This document shows positions 13,499 through 26,273 of a stretch of 64,000 nt of DNA, piece by piece; position 1 is the first letter of the stretch, and the number at the start of each line of letters is the position of its first letter. The notes under the pieces are model-generated. The model did not search any database and was not told the origin of the DNA. It saw only the letters and a list, made by a program, of their open reading frames with translations. The stretch comes from Pristiophorus japonicus. Its lineage: Eukaryota. The DNA is taken from positions 187,302,001 through 187,366,000 of the forward strand of contig NC_091990.1 in the NCBI RefSeq assembly GCF_044704955.1, written 5' to 3'. Both the position numbers and the translations under genes were made by a program.

Positions 13499-13748
13499 CT
13501 GCTTCTGGATTTCTTTAATCTCATTTGCTTTCACTTTCTCTGCCTCTATCGAATCCTTCCTCGCTGTCGCCTGCTGGAGATACGCCAATCTGCGGGTTTC
13601 TCTCTCCTTGTCCTCAGAGGCTATGGACTGGAACCTGGTGTGAGTCTTCTGCTGCAAATGTTTCTTGGCTCTCTTCATTTCCTCCAGCTGGCGCTCACAC
13701 TCTGCGACCTGTTTGAAATCCTTCTGCAGGCGCTGAATCACTTTCTCC
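13499..13748 (-). CDS. C11orf16: C11orf16 orthologue coding exon 10 (coiled coil)
   Basis: ttttgcctttag acceptor, CAG|gtaact donor; 250 nt, phase 2-0; EKVIQRLQKDF...EIQKQ. Confidence 0.8.
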
Positions 13749-14010
13749 CTAAAGGCAAAATACTGAATCAAGTCAGAGTCACTTTAATAGGTTGTGAAAA
13801 AAAATGTAATGACTGAAAATAAAAGGAAATAATGTTTTACTATTGCACTGTCTGCATTACTGTAAACTCCGGATAAAAGGTTACTGCTCTAAAAAAATAT
13901 GCATAGCAGAGCGTATCTGGAAAGCGTGTTCCCTTTTGTTGCTTAAATAATGGTTAGTGCACCAAAAGGTGCAGTGTGTTAGATATTTGTCTATAGCCTT
14001 AAGAGACTTG

Positions 14011-14358
14011 TGGGTAGAAATTTGCATAGTTTGCGCCTCCCGTTAGCGCCCCTGGTGGCATGGTGAGGCCCCTCGCCCCATTGCAGTGCTCGCAGCATGC
14101 CCTCCTCTTTAATGGAAGGGGAGGGTCATGTGCTCTCGCCATCTCTATGTGGCTCTCCGCGTAGCCCTGGACAATTCGCGTGCTTACCACCCATTCCCGC
14201 ACCCGAGAAGAAGTGGAGCACCCGACATTGTGCTCTGCTTCCTCTAGGGACGGTAATCACAATTTCACGGCAGGGATGGGACTTCCATGCCGGGTGCAGA
14301 AAGTCCAGCTACACCTTGGTTACCGCCCCAAAATGGGGCGCTACTGAACTTCGACCCC
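14011..14358. mobile_element. PIF/Harbinger-like MITE
   Basis: Imperfect TIRs TGGGTAGAAATT / AACTTCGACCCC, 3-bp TSD TTG, GC-rich interior. Confidence 0.6.
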
Positions 14359-15174
14359 TTGGGTTTTAATTCAGCCCATGGTAATAAGATGAAAATCTTA
14401 TGTTGTTAATTTTAAGGGTTCCACGTGAACAGAGTCTCAACTATTTCCTAGTAGGCACAAATCCACAATAGAAAATAAATCATAATTATACTTAGAAAGG
14501 TGAAGACCATCTCTGGGAAGAAAATGGAAACAATCATACTGGTGGGATCAGTTGTCTCATGCAGGTGGAGAATGTCTTAGCTTTTTTGTCTGAGAGGGTT
14601 TGCACTTAAGCTAGCAGGTGCTCGCTGAAACTGGAATTTGGGACATCATTAGAGTTTTACTCTGCAATTGAGTGTGACCAGGCAGCCCCTGATACTGACA
14701 CTGGGAGGCCAGGGTTGAAAAGTGGTCTGTTTCTTTGCAGTAACTGAGCATAATCATTCTTCAAATTGTAATAATAAAAAAATTATTTCTCAAGAAATGG
14801 TGAATATGTAAATTAGGATCAGTTGTCTCATACAGGTGGAGTAAGTCTTAGCTCTCTTGTATGGGAAGGTTTGCACTGTTCTGTGATATTTGACAGAGTG
14901 ACAGCTATTTTAGGCTGTGCTAATGCTTGTGAGCATAAGGCCAAATTTATTTCTACATTAGTGTGGATTTGTTTACATTTGTGTTTTTCAGCAGATTACT
15001 TGAAAAAGCTGAATAAAATCCAAAGATATTGATAAATCTCAAGTAATTTCAGATTGGTGTGCAATTTTTGAACACAGAAATAAGAGGAGCCTGGATATCT
15101 TGTGTGGGTTTTACTGTGTCATGGAGTTTCGATAAAACAAGCACCAAGAGTAAGAGTGTATTGAGTACAAATGC

Positions 15175-15580
15175 TCGGCCATTCCAAAGGACAGTTAAGA
15201 GTCAGCCATGTTAATGTGGGACTGGAGTAACCTATAGGCAGACTGGGTAAGGACAGCAGGTTTCCTTTCCTTAAGGACATTAGTGAACCAGTTTGGTTTT
15301 TACAGCCCATCATCATCATAGGCAGTCCCTCGGAATCGAGGAAGATTTGCTTCCACTCCTGAAGTGAGTTCATAGGTGGCTGAACAGTGCAATACGAGAG
15401 CCACAGACCCTGTCACAGGTGGGACAGATAGTCATTGAGGGAATCCAACAGCAAATATATATTTTTTTAATGTGCAGTCAAATTCTCAAACTGCCAAGGT
15501 AGGAGTTGAACTCACATTTTCTGGATTATCACTCCAGGCCTCATAATTACAAATGCATTAACATAACCACTACACCACTG
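15175..15580 (-). mobile_element. tRNA-SINE fragment interrupted by an RTE 3' tail (about 15310-15445)
   Basis: Antisense to the SINE pieces at 15580-17845; (cat)n aggcagtccctcggaatcgagg RTE tail inside. Confidence 0.6.
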
Positions 15581-17845
15581 GGAGCATGGTAATGTAATGG
15601 TTATGTTACTGGACTAGTAATCCAGAGGCCTGGACTAATAAACCATGAGACATGAGTTCAAATCCCAACACAGCAGCTAGGGGAATTTAAATTCAGTTAA
15701 TTAAATCTGGAGAATAAAAATGGAGAGATTACAAAGTGCTGCAGTACAGAGGAACCTGGGGTTCCTTGTGGATGAAACATAAAAAGTTTGCATGCAGGTA
15801 CAGCATGTATCAGGAAGGCAAGTGGAATGTTGGCCTTTATTGCAAAGGGAATGGAGTATAAAAGTAGAGAAGTCCTGCTACAACTGTACAGGGTATTGGT
15901 GAGACCACAGATATCTGCGCTCCTCAAATTCTGCCCTTTTGAGCATCCCTAATTATAACTGCTCAAACATCAGTGGCTGGGCCCCAAGCTCTGGAACTCC
16001 CTCGCTAAACCTCTCTGTCTCTCTACCTCTCTTTCCTTCTTTAAGACGCTCCTTAAAACCTACCTCTTTGATCAAGCTTTTGGTCATCTGCCATAATTTC
16101 TTCTTATGAGGCTCAGTGTCAAATTTATTTTTTGTCTTATAACACTCCTGTGAAACGCCTTGGGACGTTTTACCAGGTTTAAAGGCGCCATATAAATACA
16201 AGTTGTTGTTGTTGTCCTTACCCAGTCTGGCCTATATATGTGACCCACAGCAATGTGGTTGACTCTTAACTAATCGTAGCCAGAAAATCTCCTGCAATGG
16301 TTTCTCTTCCCACTCCTACATCGTTACCTCTGGTGTCCCCCAAGGATCTATCCTTGGCCCCTCCTATTTCTCATCTTTATGCTGCCCCTTGGCGACATCA
16401 TCCGAAAACCCGGCGTCAGTTTCCACATGTACGCCGACGACACCCAGCTCTACCTCACTACCACTTCTCTCGGCCCCTCCACAGTCTCTAAATTATCGGA
16501 CTGCTTGTCCGACATCCAGCACTGGATGAGCAGAAATTTTCTCCAATTAAATATTAGGAAGACCGAAACCATTGTCTATGGTCTCTACTACAAATTCCAT
16601 TTCCTAGCCACTGACTCCATCCCTCTCCCTAGCATCTGTCTGAGGCTGAACCAGACTGTTCGCAATCTTGGTGTCATATTTAACCCTGAAATGAGCTTCT
16701 GACCACATATCCGCGGCATAACTAAAACCACCTATTTCCACCTCCAGAACATTACCCATCTCCGTCCCTGCCTCAGCTCATCCGCTGCTGAAACTCTCAT
16801 CCATGCCTTTGTTAACTCTAGACTTGACTACTCCAATGCACTCCTGGCTAGCCTCCCACATTCTACCCTACGTAAACTTGAGGTCATCCAAAACTCAGTT
16901 GCCTGTGTCCTAACTTGCACCAAGTCCCGTTCACCTATCACCCCTGTGCTCACTGACCTACATTGGTTCCCAGATAAGCAACGCCTCGATTTCAAAATTC
17001 TCATCCTTGTTTACAAATCCCTCCATGGCCTCAGTCCTCCCTATCTGTAATCTCCTTCAACCTCACAACCCCCCCCCCCCCCACCACCCCCCATGAGATA
17101 TCTGTGCTCCTCAAATTCTGCCCTCTTAAGCATCCTTGATTATAATCGCTCAATCATCAGTGGCCGTGCCTTCAGCTGCTTAGATCCTGAGCTCTGGAAC
17201 TCTCTCCCTATACCTATCCGTCTCTCTACCTCTTTTTCCTCCTTAAAACCTACCTCTTCATTAGAACATAAGAACATAAGAAATAGGAGCAGGAGTAGGC
17301 CATACGGCCCCTCAAATCTGCTCTGCCATTTAATATGATCATGGCTGATCCGATCATGGACTCAGGTCCACTTCCCTGCCCGCTCGCCATAATCCCTTAT
17401 TCCCTTATTGTTTAAGAAACTGTCTATTTCTGTCTTAAATTTATTCAATGTCCCAGTTTTCACAGCTGTCTGAGGCAGTGAATTCCATAGACCCACAACC
17501 CTCTGAGAGAAGAAATTTCTCCTCATCTCAGTCCCCAAGCTTTTGGTCATCTGCCGTAATTTCTTCTTATATGGCTCAGTGTCAAATTTTTTGTCTTATA
17601 GCACTCCTGTGAAGCGCCTTGGGATGTTTTACTAAGTTAAATGCGCTATATAAATACTAGTTTTGTTGTTGTTGTTAATTGCTCTCTGAAATGGCCTGAA
17701 AAGTACCAAACCACTTTAATGAAGTCAACCCTGTGGGTTTACCTTCAGCACGAGGACTGCAGCGGTTCAAGAAGTCGGCTCACCACCATGTGGGCAATAA
17801 ATGCCGGCCTTGCCTGTAACGCCCGCATCCCGTGAAAAAAAAACA
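15580..17845 (+). mobile_element. tRNA-SINE broken into three pieces (15580-15720, 16215-16272, 17677-17845) by CR1 and L2 insertions
   Basis: B-box gagttcaaatcc in the head; gactcttaact | aattgctctctgaaatggcc rejoin across the L2; tail gggcaataaatgccggccttg shared with the LINE at 10030-11475. Confidence 0.6.
16272..17676 (+). mobile_element. L2 LINE 3' portion (RT), with antisense CR1 tail inserted at about 17263-17532
   Basis: [10 protein letters not shown] and [10 protein letters not shown] motifs; tail gctatataaatactagttttgttgttgttgtt. Confidence 0.88.
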
Positions 17846-17849
17846 CTAC

Positions 17850-18065
17850 CTTGTACTGAGCAACTGAGAAAGGATTGAGCGGGCAAACTGTATACAGGTC
17901 ATCCTACTATGGTGTGATATGTTTTTTTCCTCATGTTCTGCAACTGTTAATGTTTCATTTTTCTCATCATTTGATATTTCAATTGTTGTTTCATACAACG
18001 GAAAAAGCTTTGGCTGGCCATTCGATGGCCTCCTGAGATGTCGAGTAAAGAAATGAGGTGCCTCC
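17850..18065 (-). CDS. C11orf16: Candidate C11orf16 cassette exon 9 (216 nt)
   Basis: Acceptor tgtttcaatcaag, donor AG|gtagtg; phase 2-2, open in the required frame (ORF 17846-18088); no recognisable homology. Confidence 0.45.
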
Positions 18066-18667
18066 CTTGATTGAAACAGATATTTCAATAAAATAAAATA
18101 TCACACAAACATTGACTAGTTCCTGGTTTTCTTTACTTTTATAGGCTGGTCATGCGGCAAGGTTTGCTATGATCTAAAGTGGCTTGAGCTCTGAACCAAT
18201 ACAAGCTGTGTTTTGTAATTAATGTGTAGTCAATCACAAATCAACTTTGGTTTCACACTTAGTGCAATGGTGCAAAATAATGATCACCTGGAAGCATTTT
18301 AAACTTCATAGCACAGACAGTTAGCTCTCTGCAAATACTGAAATCATTTCTGGATATCAAATTGCAAACAATAATCACTCCCCAATATTAGATGATAGCC
18401 TGAAATCACACCTGGATATCAAATTGCTATTTGTAATCAACCCCTGCTCCCACCCCCATATCACATTGCAGCCTAGATTCACTCCCAAGTGGTATCCATT
18501 ATTTTTCATTTATATTGAATAATCCCTGGATTATACACATGTCACATTCTTTAACCTTGACTGTCTCATATTCTTTACCTGTCTCTAACTGATCTCTCAG
18601 TGTCACGACAGCTAACTTCTATTGTATTGCGCTACATTCAAACACTGTTACCCCAGACCTGATGTAC

Positions 18668-18840
18668 CTGCGCTGTTCCTGGACACTTCGATACTTGTCT
18701 TGACTTTGCTGCTCTCTGTCTTCCTCCCACTGACGCAGCTGCAGCTTTTTCTTTCTCGATCTTTGCACCGATTCCTGATGTTGGCGGTCACGTGATACCT
18801 GATTCTCTCCGAGACGCTCCTGAATTGGTGGAGCCTGAGC
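18668..18840 (-). CDS. C11orf16: C11orf16 orthologue coding exon 8
   Basis: T-rich tract plus ccag acceptor, AG|gtacat donor; phase 0-2; AQAPPIQERLGE...QWEEDREQQSQDKYRSVQEQR. Confidence 0.75.
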
Positions 18841-19614
18841 CTGGCCATTAAAATTAAAAATTAAAAATTTTTACTTAAAAGAACAATGCTTTACTGCTCA
18901 AATGATTTGCTGTTCTGTTTTGTTATTGGGGAAATAACTGCTACGTGGTTATGTGGTTAGTACACGTCTTTCTGTACACTGACTTTAGAGTGTTCATCAA
19001 AAAAACTGGGCGCTAATAATTTATTGGAGCACAGTCCTTCACTGCTAGACTCTTGATTCAAATGTAGGAGACTAATGGCATGAAAGCCAACTGGTTCTGA
19101 GAATCCCATTTGAAATATGTTTGGATAGGCAATCTAATGCTCAGTAGACATGAATGTATAGCATGACATTGGCAAGAGCATGCTGATCAAAGGGAAATGA
19201 TGAGGTAAATGAAAATGTCACAATTGTTCAGTAAGATGTGCACTTCTGAGGCGGGTTTAACTCATTGTTGGAGGAGAGTACAGAGCATTATCCAATCTGT
19301 GCTGTACCTGATAGGGGATGGCTATAGTGTGGCATTGACAGAAGCCCAGGGCAGGTTTGCTGTCCATCTTTTCAGCGGAGAAAGCTACATGGCGCGGGAG
19401 ATTTGGGGAACAGGGAAAGAAAAGGGAATAAAAACAGAAAATACTGGGAATACACAACAGCATTTCAAAGAGAGAAAAAAACAACTTAACGTTTCAGGTA
19501 GAAGCACTAAATTGTTAAGGAAAACTATGGTATATAACAAAACAAATATATGAGAAAATGGGTTGAAATTGCTCTGCAATTTTATGGATACTATCGATCA
19601 GTTTGGAAGTTTAC

Positions 19615-19808
19615 CCCGGTAGATGATGTGATGTCATGTTTCTGATGTGTCAGAACCTCTTTCATTGTGATTCTGTTCTGAGGATGTGTAGAATCAATGT
19701 TTTCAAACACTGCACTACAATTTGTTGGCCCAAGGTTCTGCAGCTTCATGGAAGAGATCAGCTGACTGGAGTCAGACAAACTCCTCGATGGACTTGTAGA
19801 CCATGTTC
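19615..19808 (-). CDS. C11orf16: C11orf16 orthologue coding exon 7
   Basis: ttttctttttgcag acceptor, GGG|gtaaac donor; phase 1-0; GPTNCSAVFENID...ITMKEVL. Confidence 0.75.
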
Positions 19809-21952
19809 CTGCAAAAAGAAAAGTATTGTTGTTCAGAATGGTAGTAACTGGATCCAAGGCTTGGCCTATGTCACTCTTCAGCTGGCTTTTAGAAAAATAC
19901 ATGGCCTGACCACATGTCGTTTCCCCCCCCCAACCTCCACACTTGGGCCATCCATAATGGTGCAGCTGAGATTGCGAACTCACCTTGTGTGGTGGGGGGG
20001 TCTTACTGAGATTTTTATTATTTTAAGATGAATGATGTCACACTTCCCTTAAAAAAATCTCGACAAACATACAATCCATGATTTTTTTAAATACTTGTAT
20101 TTATATAGCATATTAGCACACTGTCTAAACTTTTGGAGCGCAGTAACGGTTGTTATTTAATCAAATAAAGCAGTGTTCTACACTAGTATATTTCCCACAA
20201 ATAGAAATTAAATACATGACCAGCACATTTTGGTTTTTGGTGGTATTGGTTGAGAGAGAGAGAGCACATTGGTCAGAACACCACAGAACTCCCTGCTCTT
20301 CTTCAAATAGTGTTAAAGGATCATTCACCCAAACATGTAGCTGGTTCCTAGGTTCAATATTTCATTCAAAGGCAAGACCTTCAATAATGCAGCATTCCCT
20401 CAATATTGCATTGGAGTGGTTAGGCTAGGAGCTTGTGTGTTTTAGTGCTTTTTCAAACCAGTGATAAAATACACCAGGTTTTACATCACAAACCAAATAT
20501 CAGAATACATAGTACGTACATTTGGTAATGTTGTATCACCTATAGCTGTTTATAAATAAACATACATTATGTAGTGTGCATTGTTGTTTATAATATATTA
20601 TTTAGTTTTTTGGTAACAAACCCAGGTAGTACTACAGTACGTGCCAGTCACGTGCCATATATTTTCAGATCAGGTTCCATGTCAATATTATCGTTACTCA
20701 TTCGCTACATCACTCTATCTCTATTATCTTGTGAGCTCCCCAATATCAATTAGGAAACTAATATAAAATCTAATTTTTATATAAAAATAAGGGGAAAATG
20801 TATGACTTTTAAATGGGGACTGAATTACATCTCCACACCCTGGGCCAAATGTCCCCCGTCCTCTAATTCTGCTTCATTTGAAGACTACACTTGTTCTTGA
20901 CTCCTCATATGCAACACCTCTAGAAATTACCCATACAGTTTGTTCTGTACATGTCTGCTCCCTTTGCTGTGCTGGAAATATAACTAGGCAGTTTATATGG
21001 AGTACAGGAGTTATCAGTGAGAAATCGATGAGCCTGCCTAGAGCTGAATAAATTGTTACCTTTTACCTCATGGACTGTAGAATTAATGGACTGTAGAGTT
21101 ACACAAAGCGACATTGGATACAGGCTGGAGGGTGGAAGTTAGAGTAAACTTTTTCACAGCAAGTAGATAAGTGGACCTTCATCAAGAACAGTTTAATGAT
21201 GTGTAAATGAACTCCTTCGAAAAGTAGCGGGACTAAATACCCTGCAATTAGTTATGGAAGGTATCAAAGGTGATAAGTACAGACACATGAACCATTACCG
21301 GACAGAATAGTGTGGCTGCAAAGTGATAGGGACCCTGGGGATGTCATCTGTGCAATGCAACGAGTCATGCTCGAATATTAAAATTAGTAATGTTAGATTG
21401 ATACACTGGAGTTTTCTTTCAATTACTTTTGGATAGGGACACATTTCACATAGTTTCTTAGCCATTGGCGACAGTTATTTAGCTGTCTCAGGAGATTAAA
21501 TGAAGGAAGATTCTGTAACAGTGTAAAATGTACATGATCTGTTGAAAGGAGTGAGCTCTGTATAGTGTTATACTCTGCCACCCCCTCTATGCTGTATTTT
21601 TGTGATGTATAAATGCTGTGTTAAACCTTTAATGGGCTGATGGTTTACTTTTGTCAACACAACAAGCATATTTAAAATACTGCATATTAGATAACACCCT
21701 TATATTTTTGGTTTCAGTCTAACACTTTCCTAATTAAAACCACAAATTGAATCATAGTAAAAATGGTTTCAGATTTTGAGAACACATATACACAGGTATC
21801 TGATTCCTGCACTGAACAAGTCCAATTTTCTTGGACTTTCTCCCTCCGCCACTGTAACTTCAGTGGCATTTTGATGGAAACTCCATTCAATGAGAAGGTG
21901 AAGTCCAAGGAAATTCACCCCCTATAGAATTGAAAGAAAAGTTTCTCTTTAC

Positions 21953-22648
21953 CTGGTTTCTTTCTATATGGTTCTTGGTGGCTTTGAGTCCAATACCTCC
22001 ATTCAGGCCTGTCTTTTACTTTGGTCATTGGCATCTCCAACAGGTTAATGTCTGTATTCACCATTCTGTCTTCCAAAGTAGGCTTGCTGACAGTTGTTTC
22101 TGGGCCACTATCAGAATCTTCAGATGATGAAGAGGAAGAAGATGAACAAAGCAAGTTTTCATCAGGAACTTTCTTTTTGGGAATATCTAGTTCCTGAAGC
22201 TGTAAAGTAATTTTCTTGTCTAACTCATCTTTGTCAAATGCTGTTGTGTTGGTAGATCTTTGAGTCACTGGCCACCATCCTACGGGAGAAATCACTTCTG
22301 GAAAACAGTAACACGCAGGATGAGCTGGCAAACAGTGGAAGCCACGATAGAATCCATGCCAGTAATTATTATCTAGGTCCAGACCAGGGAAGCCTGAATA
22401 CCAGGGCTGGATGTATGTTGGTTCAAAGTGGCACAGGTGAGCCGGCAGAGTCTGGGGCTGAAGCAGACAAACATCACGACAGGTACTCAATTCCTCATCC
22501 TGTAGTTGCTGTCTGGATGATAGAGGAGTAAGCAGCTCCTGTAGCACTCTTTCATACAAAGCAGATGGAATCCATATGGCCACATTTTTGGAAACTTTGA
22601 CTGTTTTCCCATTCCAGAAGTTTATAGAGACCTCATCATCTTCAATCG
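21953..22648 (-). CDS. C11orf16: C11orf16 orthologue coding exon 6
   Basis: 696-nt open exon, phase 1-1; INFWNGKTVKV..VAIWI (end of DUF4537-like region), WWP, poly-S, RPEWRYW; G|gtaaag donor. Confidence 0.88.
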
Positions 22649-23863
22649 CTGTTTAATTAAAAAGGGGGAAAGAGCTTTATATTCTGGAACTATACTTTTA
22701 ATATGAATATACATCACACATCATACCACTGGAAGACTAATCTAACATGTCAGGTTTTATTTTCAGTCTAGTTATCAATTGAATTAATTGATTTAATTGT
22801 AGCTTGAAACAAAATTCAAAATATACAAGACAGCTTCAGAGTGACAGTTACCTTGGAACAAAAGGGGTTGTGTAACGCTGAAAAAGCTGTAAATCTGAAG
22901 TGTCAGTACATATAACAGTGAAATTATTTTTATTTAATAATTTTATTCCAGTGAAAATGCTTTTAGATAAAGTAAAGGTGTAAATTTAAGAAAAAAATAC
23001 AGTACACAAGCAAGCACGCAGTAAAGTACGTTAAAGTGGCAAGCTTATGAGAAGTTGGAAAATATAATCCTCAAAACATTATTCACTGGTGTCAGTAACT
23101 CTGAGGTACTTCTGTATTTGAACAATTCAAAACAATTACAGATGCCACTCATATTCAGCATGATTCAATTCATGCAATCAGAAAAATAAAAGAAACACTG
23201 GGGATGCACCATTTAACCCTTCAAATAATGCCCATTATGCACAGCTTTTACAAAATTATATCTCTGCCTTGAAATTTGATAAATGTTCTCTCTTCACCCA
23301 CAAGCTAACAAAGGTTGTATGCCAAACAACTGTTCCTTCAAGAACCAGTCATTTTGTTCACTACTTGGGGTTAATGTTATATCAGGAGTTATTTTACAAG
23401 TTCAAGGTTGCCCACCACCAGCGCATACTCAAAAAGTTACCCCATTTGCCCAACATCGTCAAACTACCTTGTACTATTAGCAAATCCCCTGTATCTTTGC
23501 CCACAGCCAGTCAGAGGTATATGTTGTTGTGAGGGAAGGAGGAAGGAAGGGATGAATGAACTCAGTCAAAGAATATAGATATGTTTTTACATTGTTTTAA
23601 TGCAGAACGAAGGAAGAACAGCGAATGTAGACAGGAGTGGTTTAAACGGTATTTAATCACAATGACACTGAGAACATTAGGTATGGTGTAAAACAAGCCA
23701 TCGATTTGCTGACAGCCCATTGACCAATTGCACCCCTAGGAGCCTTAATGGGCTTCTAGTTTGCAAATCCTGGATTCAAACGGAAAGCATAAAGTTGAAA
23801 TCAGATCCAATATATCGCCAATCAGGACAATAACTGTATATGTAATTAAATTGAAGTCCATAC

Positions 23864-24092
23864 CTTGCAGAGGATCTCTGATCTCAATGCCAAATATCAC
23901 TGTTCCAGGACCATATCTGGTTCCATCTGATTGCCAAGGTGCTAATACGTTATCACCCAGAAGCACAGAATGCCTTATGGCCTCATTGTACTGAATTATA
24001 TCATACAATGCAGTCTTCTGCACAGATACTTGCCACTTCCTGCTTGGATCTAGAGATTTGTCAAATTCAATCAGGAATAATCCTTTCTTTAT
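23864..24092 (-). CDS. C11orf16: C11orf16 orthologue coding exon 5 (DUF4537-like)
   Basis: FLIEF...GDNVLAPWQSDGTRYGPGTVIFGIEIRDPLQ; canonical splice sites; phase 0-1. Confidence 0.9.
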
Positions 24093-24211
24093 CTGACAAC
24101 AGCAGAAAGAGGTTATGTTGCAGTATTTATTTTCCTTTATATATTACCTGACACTTTATTTTAGTTACCTGCAGTATTTGTTAAGTAAAGCATAATGATT
24201 CAAATAGTCTA

Positions 24212-24665
24212 CAACAACTAGTATAATTAAAAAGTGTCTTTAACGTAGTAATACCTCCCAAGGCACTTCACAGAAGCGTTACCAAACAAAATGTGACACC
24301 AAGTAATGTAAGGAGATATTAGGGCAGATGATCAAAGGCTTGGTTAAAAAGGTAGGTTTTAAGGAGCGCCTTAAAGGAGAAGAGAGGCAAAGAAGTTTAG
24401 GGAGGGAATTCTGAAGCTTGGGGCCTAGGCAGTTTCGCAATGGCCGCCAATGTTGGAACAATTAAAATCAGGGTTGAGCAAGAGGCCAGAATTGGAGGAG
24501 CACCGAGATCTCGGGGGGTTGTGGGGCTGGAGGAGATTACAGAGATAGGGAGGGGCGAGGCCATGGAGGGATTTGAAAACAAGGATGAGAATTTTGAAAT
24601 TGAGGCATTGCTTAACCGGGAGCCATTGTAGGTCAGCGAGCACAGGTGTGATGGGTGAACGGGAT
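24212..24665 (-). mobile_element. L2 3' fragment
   Basis: LQWLPVKQ.L.FKILILVFKSLHGLAPPYL motif plus L2 tail. Confidence 0.85.
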
Positions 24666-25210
24666 TACTGCAGATTAGTACATTTATATACTATGCCAAA
24701 AAGTAGTATTTCTCAAGGATGTGCCTGAGATTTTTCTTCCAATCTTGTCTCTTCCTCTCACAACGGCACTGTCTCATTTTGGGTATGCGGATTTAGTACT
24801 GTGCTAACTTGAGTCAGAGTGGTACAGATAATGGCAGCCACGTCAGCCATAAAATAGCAAAGCAGCCTGCTCTTCCCCAGAAATACCATCTTTCCCTTAA
24901 GAAGCCAGTTTTTATACTTTTCATTTATGTTCACTGAAGACAGCAGATGATCATTGCCGGCTACTTCAGCAAAACCACCCTCCTGTACCTCAAGCAAATG
25001 ATCATGATTTATCTGCATGTTTAGCGTCATCATGGTATTCCGCCATGAGTGAAGTTACAGTCCAACGCAATCCTGCCCTCACTCAACATCCACACATCCA
25101 CACAAATACTTTCCCTCTGGAATGACTGGATAGCTATCAGGAATGCCTGATTTTTCCCTCCCCCCCCCTCCCCTCCGCCTTGCTCAGGGCTGCTGGAGTT
25201 AATGACAGTA

Positions 25211-25655
25211 CAGGCAACTCTCGATTATCCGGGTCCCTCGGAGATGGGGCTATGCCGGGTAAACTATTTCTCCGTTAGAGCGAGTTGACATTAGAAAGTT
25301 AAAACTTCAATGAATAAATACTGTGCAATTAGCTACAAACAGTAACAAGGCAGTTAAGTATGGACATTACCAGCATGCATGCAGGTGGCCTCGAGGAGGA
25401 GATTGTCTAGCTCTGGGGTTTCGGAGTGCGATGCCTTCCCAGGCCAAAAGGTCTCCGAACGCACCGGCCCGATGCCTTCCCAGGCCAAAAGGACTCCAAA
25501 CGCACTGGCCCGATGCCTTCCCGGGTCGAAAGGACTCCAACGTCAGCGGCGGCTGCGAGAGACAGCGGCTGAGCAGCGCGCACATATACGGAATTTTAAA
25601 TGCCGTTACAACGGTTTCCCATTGCATCCATGTGTAGATAATCAAGAGTTGCCTG
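25211..25655. mobile_element. Tc1/mariner (Tigger/pogo-like) MITE
   Basis: TIRs CAGGCAACTCTCGATTATC / GATAATCAAGAGTTGCCTG, TA on both flanks. Confidence 0.8.
25429..25542 (+). repeat. 41-bp minisatellite, about 2.8 copies, inside the MITE
   Basis: cgatgccttcccaggccaaaagg... units begin at 25429, 25470 and 25511. Confidence 0.9.
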
Positions 25656-25805
25656 TATTTACTAATATCATCACACTGGCTAGGAAAAGCCAACTCAGGA
25701 ATTTAATTGAATTCTGCAGCATCTCTGATAGGTACAACAACCAAATAAAGTGGCATTTTCTCCTGTACAAATATTGTATGTTCCTCATAGGTATGACTGT
25801 CATAG

Positions 25806-26273
25806 TGTCAGCCAGGGGTACCATTGGTAGCATCCTTGCCTCTGAGTCAGAAGGCTGGAGTTGGGTCAAGTCCGACTCCATAGAGACTTAAGCACAAAAA
25901 TCTTGGCTTGGGCTCCAGTGCAGTACTGAGTGCTGCACTGTCTGAGATGCCGTCTTTTGGATGAGATGTTAAACCAAGGTCCCGTCTGCTCTCTCAGGTG
26001 GATGTAAATGATCCCATGGCACTATTTCAAAGAAGAGCAGGGAAGTTATTCCTGGAGTCCTGGCCTATGTTTATCCCTCAATCAACATCACTAAGATAGT
26101 GTATCTGATCATTATCATATTGCTGTTTGTGTGAGATTGCTGTGTGCAAATTGGCTGCCGCGTTTCCTACATTACAACAGTGACTGCACTTCAAAAGTAC
26201 TTCATGGGTTGTAAAATGCTTTGGGTGATCGGTGGTCATGAAAGGAACTATATAAATGCAAGACTTTCTTTCT
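25806..26273 (+). mobile_element. DeuSINE/SacSINE1-like SINE, copy 2
   Basis: Homologous to 13041-13452; tRNA-like head and L2-type tail. Confidence 0.75.

Noticed and set aside
18648-18848. Listed ORF MARLRLHQF...
   Set aside because: Wrong frame; the phase-compatible exon 18668-18840 uses another frame
25429-25542. 41-bp repeats as a CRISPR-like array; overlapping 104-170 aa ORFs
   Set aside because: Head-to-tail tandem without unique spacers, inside a MITE in a vertebrate intron; ORFs reflect GC richness
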